Of a stretch of 64,000 nucleotides of DNA, positions 60,723-64,000 are shown piece after piece. Where the stretch lies: assembly GCA_026004495.1 (NCBI GenBank), contig BPJG01000001.1, forward strand, positions 350,858 through 414,857, in the 5' to 3' direction. Position numbers and translations under genes: made by a program. The notes under the pieces are model-generated. The model had not been told where the DNA came from. It saw nothing but the letters and a program-made list of their open reading frames with translations, and ran no database searches. Origin of the DNA: Candidatus Parcubacteria bacterium (GTDB taxonomy: Bacteria; Patescibacteriota; Minisyncoccia; UBA6257; HR35). Numbering within the stretch: position 1 is the first letter of the stretch; each line of letters opens with the position of its first letter.

Positions 60723-61132
60723 TTGCCTTGTTATTAATTATTTTTTTAGATGTTTTATTTAAATTACTTTTCAATAAATTAATTTTTTTAGGTGTAAGTT
60801 TTTCCTTAATTTATTTTTTAAATAATAATAAAAATTTCTATTTATCTTATGTTATTTTTTCTTTTTTAAATGATTTAATTTTGCTACTCCCAATAGGTTT
60901 TACTGGATTTTATTTGGGGATAATTCTAATTTTAATAACTATTATTAATAAATTTATATCTTTTGATGAAGAAATAAATTCATATGTAGTTTTAGTGATT
61001 TCCTTGCTAATATTTTTTATTTTTATTTGGTACTATTATCTTGGTTTTAATTTTAATTTTTTATTCTTTAAATTTTTAATAATTAACTTGATAATATTAA
61101 TGATTTTAAACTTTATTATTAAGAACTTTTAA
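60719..61132 (+). CDS. mreD: Rod shape-determining protein MreD-like small membrane protein
   Basis: 137-aa polytopic membrane protein located between mreC and the PBP2 gene. The assignment is by position and topology only. Confidence 0.45.
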   Translation: MIALLLIIFLDVLFKLLFNKLIFLGVSFSLIYFLNNNKNFYLSYVIFSFLNDLILLLPIGFTGFYLGIILILITIINKFISFDEEINSYVVLVISLLIFFIFIWYYYLGFNFNFLFFKFLIINLIILMILNFIIKNF

Positions 61133-61135
61133 TAA

Positions 61136-62929
61136 ATGAAGTGGATAGAAGAAGATTTAATTTTTGACAATAAAGATCAATCATTTAAAAAATTTGCTCT
61201 ACCTAAATATGTTAAATTTTTATTTATTTTTATCTATTTTTTGTATATATTTATGTTTTTGAAAATATTTTTTTTTGAGAAAAAAAATTGGATTACTTTA
61301 GCACAATTAAATAATAGCCTTAAAATTAATATTTCTCCTCCGCGAGGTATAATTTTAGATAGAGAGGGCAAAATTTTAGCTGATAATATTACCTCTTTCG
61401 ATTTAATTGTTGATTTTAACCAGATTGATAATGAAGAAAGATTATATTTTGAAAATTTAATTAATGAAAATAAATTAAATTTTAATTTCAATAACAATCA
61501 ATTAATCATAAAGAAAATACCACAAAAATTAGCTTCTAAAATAATAGCAAAATACAATAATTTACTTAAGGTAAGATTAGTCGACTCTTATAAAAGAATT
61601 TATCCTTACGGTATAGGCTTTGGTAATTTAATTGGTTATTTAGGTTTCCCTTCAAAAGAAGAAATTAAAAACTTTAACTATGATGCCAATTCTTATATTG
61701 GTAAATTAAGTTTAGAAAAATATTATCAAAATTATTTAGCCGGTAAAGAAGGAGAAATAATTTTTGAAAAAGACAATAAATTAAATATTATTAGAACAAT
61801 AGAAAATAAGGATCCTAAGATAGGTTATTCTTTAAAACTTACTATCGATGCCGAATTTCAGAAAAAAGCCTATGAGATTTTTGACAAATATATGAAAGAA
61901 AAAAATTTTCATAAAGGAGGTTTAATAGTTATGAAAGTAGATACTGGTGAAATTATTTCTTTAATTTCTTATCCTGATTTTGATAATAATATTTTTATTG
62001 AAAAATCATTAGAAACAAAAGATATTTTTAATAATCCCTACGATCCTTTATTTAATAAAGTTATTTCTGGATTATATGCCCCTGGTTCAGTTATTAAGCC
62101 AATTATTGCCGTAGCTGCTTTGGAAGAAAAAATTATAGACCCCAATAAGAAAATATATTCTAGTGGAGAATTAAGGATAGCTAATCCGTTTTTTTATGGT
62201 CAATATTCTATTTTTAGAGATTGGAAAGCTCACGGTTGGGTTGATATGAAAGGAGCGATAGCTAATTCTGTAAATGTTTACTTTTATACTATTGGAGGTG
62301 GGTATGGTAATCAAAAGGGATTGGGCGTGAATAGAATAAATAAATATTTAAAACTTTTCGGCTTAGGGAATATTTTAAATATTGACTTCCCAAATGAAAA
62401 TAGTGGTTTTATTCCTGATCCTCAAATAAAAGCAAAAAAAAATTTTGATAAAATATGGCGACTTGGAGATACATATAATTTAAGCATTGGCCAAGGAGAT
62501 TTATTAGTAACTCCTCTACAGATTGCTGTTTTTACTGCTGCTCTAGCAAAAAATAAATTAATTAAGCCTTATTTAGTAAGTGAAATTTTAGATGATAATA
62601 ATAAAGTAGTATTCAAAAATAAACCTCAGATTATTAGAAAAGATTTAGTAGATTATAATAATCTAAAAATAATTCAAGAAGGAATGAGAATGACAGTTAC
62701 TCAAGGAACTGCAAAAATTTTAAATTATGCTAAAGTTGAAATTGCAGGTAAAAGTGGAACACCAGAAATATTAGGCAAGAAGAAACTGAATGCCTTCTTT
62801 ACAGGTTATGCTCCTTATAATAAACCTGAAATTGTTATGACTTTATTTATTGAAGAAGTTCCTATAGGATCTATAGTTACTCTTCCCCTTTATAGGGATT
62901 TAATTAATCTATATTTCGAAAAGAAATAA
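61136..62929 (+). CDS. mrdA: Penicillin-binding protein 2 (class B transpeptidase)
   Basis: N-terminal TM anchor and PBP dimerisation domain. Transpeptidase motifs are SVIKP (SxxK), SVN (SxN) and KSGT (K[ST]G). Confidence 0.8.
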   Translation: MKWIEEDLIFDNKDQSFKKFALPKYVKFLFIFIYFLYIFMFLKIFFFEKKNWITLAQLNNSLKINISPPRGIILDREGKILADNITSFDLIVDFNQIDNEERLYFENLINENKLNFNFNNNQLIIKKIPQKLASKIIAKYNNLLKVRLVDSYKRIYPYGIGFGNLIGYLGFPSKEEIKNFNYDANSYIGKLSLEKYYQNYLAGKEGEIIFEKDNKLNIIRTIENKDPKIGYSLKLTIDAEFQKKAYEIFDKYMKEKNFHKGGLIVMKVDTGEIISLISYPDFDNNIFIEKSLETKDIFNNPYDPLFNKVISGLYAPGSVIKPIIAVAALEEKIIDPNKKIYSSGELRIANPFFYGQYSIFRDWKAHGWVDMKGAIANSVNVYFYTIGGGYGNQKGLGVNRINKYLKLFGLGNILNIDFPNENSGFIPDPQIKAKKNFDKIWRLGDTYNLSIGQGDLLVTPLQIAVFTAALAKNKLIKPYLVSEILDDNNKVVFKNKPQIIRKDLVDYNNLKIIQEGMRMTVTQGTAKILNYAKVEIAGKSGTPEILGKKKLNAFFTGYAPYNKPEIVMTLFIEEVPIGSIVTLPLYRDLINLYFEKK

Positions 62930-62979
62930 AAATTATTTTCTTGACTAATAGTTAAATTTTATTATAATCTTTAAGAAAA

Positions 62980-64000
62980 ATGAAAAAAAAATTATTAAAT
63001 TTTAAAATTATTTTCTATTTGATTATTATCCTTTTAATTTTTAATATTACCTTAGCTCAAGGTTTATTTAATTTTTTTAATTTTTTAGATTATCTAAAAA
63101 ATATAGTTAATAAAAACAACACCTCACAAATTTTAAACAATTCTGAAAATATCGAAAACATCTTCCAATCGGTTAATGATTATAAGCCAATTGCTGAATA
63201 TGAAAATTTAGTTACTCAAACAATAGAAAAAGCATCGCCAGCAGTTGTAAGTATAATTATTAGTAAGGATTTGCCTATTTTTGAAAAGTACTATATTGAT
63301 CCTTTTTATGAAGATATTTTACTTCCTGAATTTAGAGAATTTTTTGAATTTAAAATTCCAGAATATCGCCAGAAAGGAACTCAAAAAAAACAAGTAGGAG
63401 CAGGAACAGGATTCATTATTTCATCAGATGGATTTATTGTAACCAATAAACATGTTGTTAACGATCAACAAGCTGAATATACAATATTTTTGAATGACGG
63501 TAGAAAATTTAATGGTAAAGTAATTGCTGTTCATCCTAAAGATGATTTGGCTTTAGTTAAAATAAATACTAAAAATTTACCAACACTTAAATTAGGTGAT
63601 TCAGATAAAATTAAATTGGGTCAAACTGTAATAGCTATTGGTAATGCCTTGGGAGAGTTTCAAAATACAGTAAGCGTTGGAGTAATTTCTGGCTTAAGAA
63701 GAGCTATTACTGCAGCTGATAATAATGGCAATATAGAGAGATTAGAGAATCTCATTCAGACTGACGCTGCTATTAATCCTGGAAATTCTGGTGGCCCCTT
63801 AATTAACTTGAGAGGAGAGGTTATTGGAGTTAATACTGCTATTGTTAGTGGGGCTCAAAATATTGGTTTTGCTATTCCTGTTAATAGATTAAAAAAAATG
63901 CTTTTTGAAATTAAAAACAAGGGAAAGATAGAAATCCCCTATTTAGGTATAAGATATATCTTAATAACTGAAGAAATGAAAAATAAATTTAATTTACCGG
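62980..64000 (+). CDS. htrA: HtrA/DegP-family serine protease (5' part; the ORF runs off the window end)
   Basis: ATG at 62980 opens a frame with no stop before 64000. It has a signal/TM segment and the trypsin-like triad contexts TNKHVV (His), DLALVKI (Asp) and GNSGGPL (Ser). Confidence 0.75.
   Translation, partial: MKKKLLNFKIIFYLIIILLIFNITLAQGLFNFFNFLDYLKNIVNKNNTSQILNNSENIENIFQSVNDYKPIAEYENLVTQTIEKASPAVVSIIISKDLPIFEKYYIDPFYEDILLPEFREFFEFKIPEYRQKGTQKKQVGAGTGFIISSDGFIVTNKHVVNDQQAEYTIFLNDGRKFNGKVIAVHPKDDLALVKINTKNLPTLKLGDSDKIKLGQTVIAIGNALGEFQNTVSVGVISGLRRAITAADNNGNIERLENLIQTDAAINPGNSGGPLINLRGEVIGVNTAIVSGAQNIGFAIPVNRLKKMLFEIKNKGKIEIPYLGIRYILITEEMKNKFNLP

Noticed and set aside
61234-61497. 87-aa minus-strand ORF
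   Set aside because: It is antisense within the PBP2 gene.

Overview
This is a very AT-rich, gene-dense bacterial window of about 78 features. It has the look of a reduced-genome Candidate Phyla Radiation (Patescibacteria) lineage; that placement is an inference from the AT bias, compact genes, type IV pilus genes, unlinked rRNA genes and absence of Shine-Dalgarno sequences, not from any database search. The standard genetic code appears to be in use, since long housekeeping ORFs read through intact. Most of the window is translation, replication and cell-envelope housekeeping: a type IV pilus module (PilC, PilB, a pilin, a DsbA-like oxidoreductase and a glutaredoxin), smpB with an adjacent tmRNA, rpsF-ssb-recA, an isolated 5S rRNA, rnhA, an endonuclease III-like glycosylase, thyX, infC-rpmI, the infA-rpmJ-rpsM-rpsK-rpsD-rpoA-rplQ alpha operon, rpsP, rpsT, nusA, ppa, ileS, dprA, gyrB, ftsA, rpsU, hisS, lepB, pth, def-fmt, a 16S rRNA, clpP, five tRNAs, a priA-like gene, holB, frr, rseP, proS, two mreB paralogs with mreC, mreD and a PBP2, and a partial htrA. 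The less ordinary content is as follows. (1) The ileS gene carries an in-frame histidine-phosphatase (phosphoglycerate-mutase-like) domain of about 190 aa inserted into its catalytic core. (2) A 1500-aa wall-anchored surface protein has a beta-propeller repeat region, five DNA-identical 330-bp tandem repeats and a C-terminal peptidoglycan-binding domain, and its start overlaps the end of recA. (3) The 16S rRNA 3' end lacks the CCUCC anti-Shine-Dalgarno sequence, matching the SD-less genes. (4) rpoA lacks the alpha C-terminal domain. (5) The PriA-like protein keeps its zinc-ribbon region but its Walker motifs are degenerate. (6) Other items include two lamin-tail-domain proteins, a stand-alone Cas4/RecB-like nuclease, a secreted repeat-protein pair, and rRNA genes that are unlinked.
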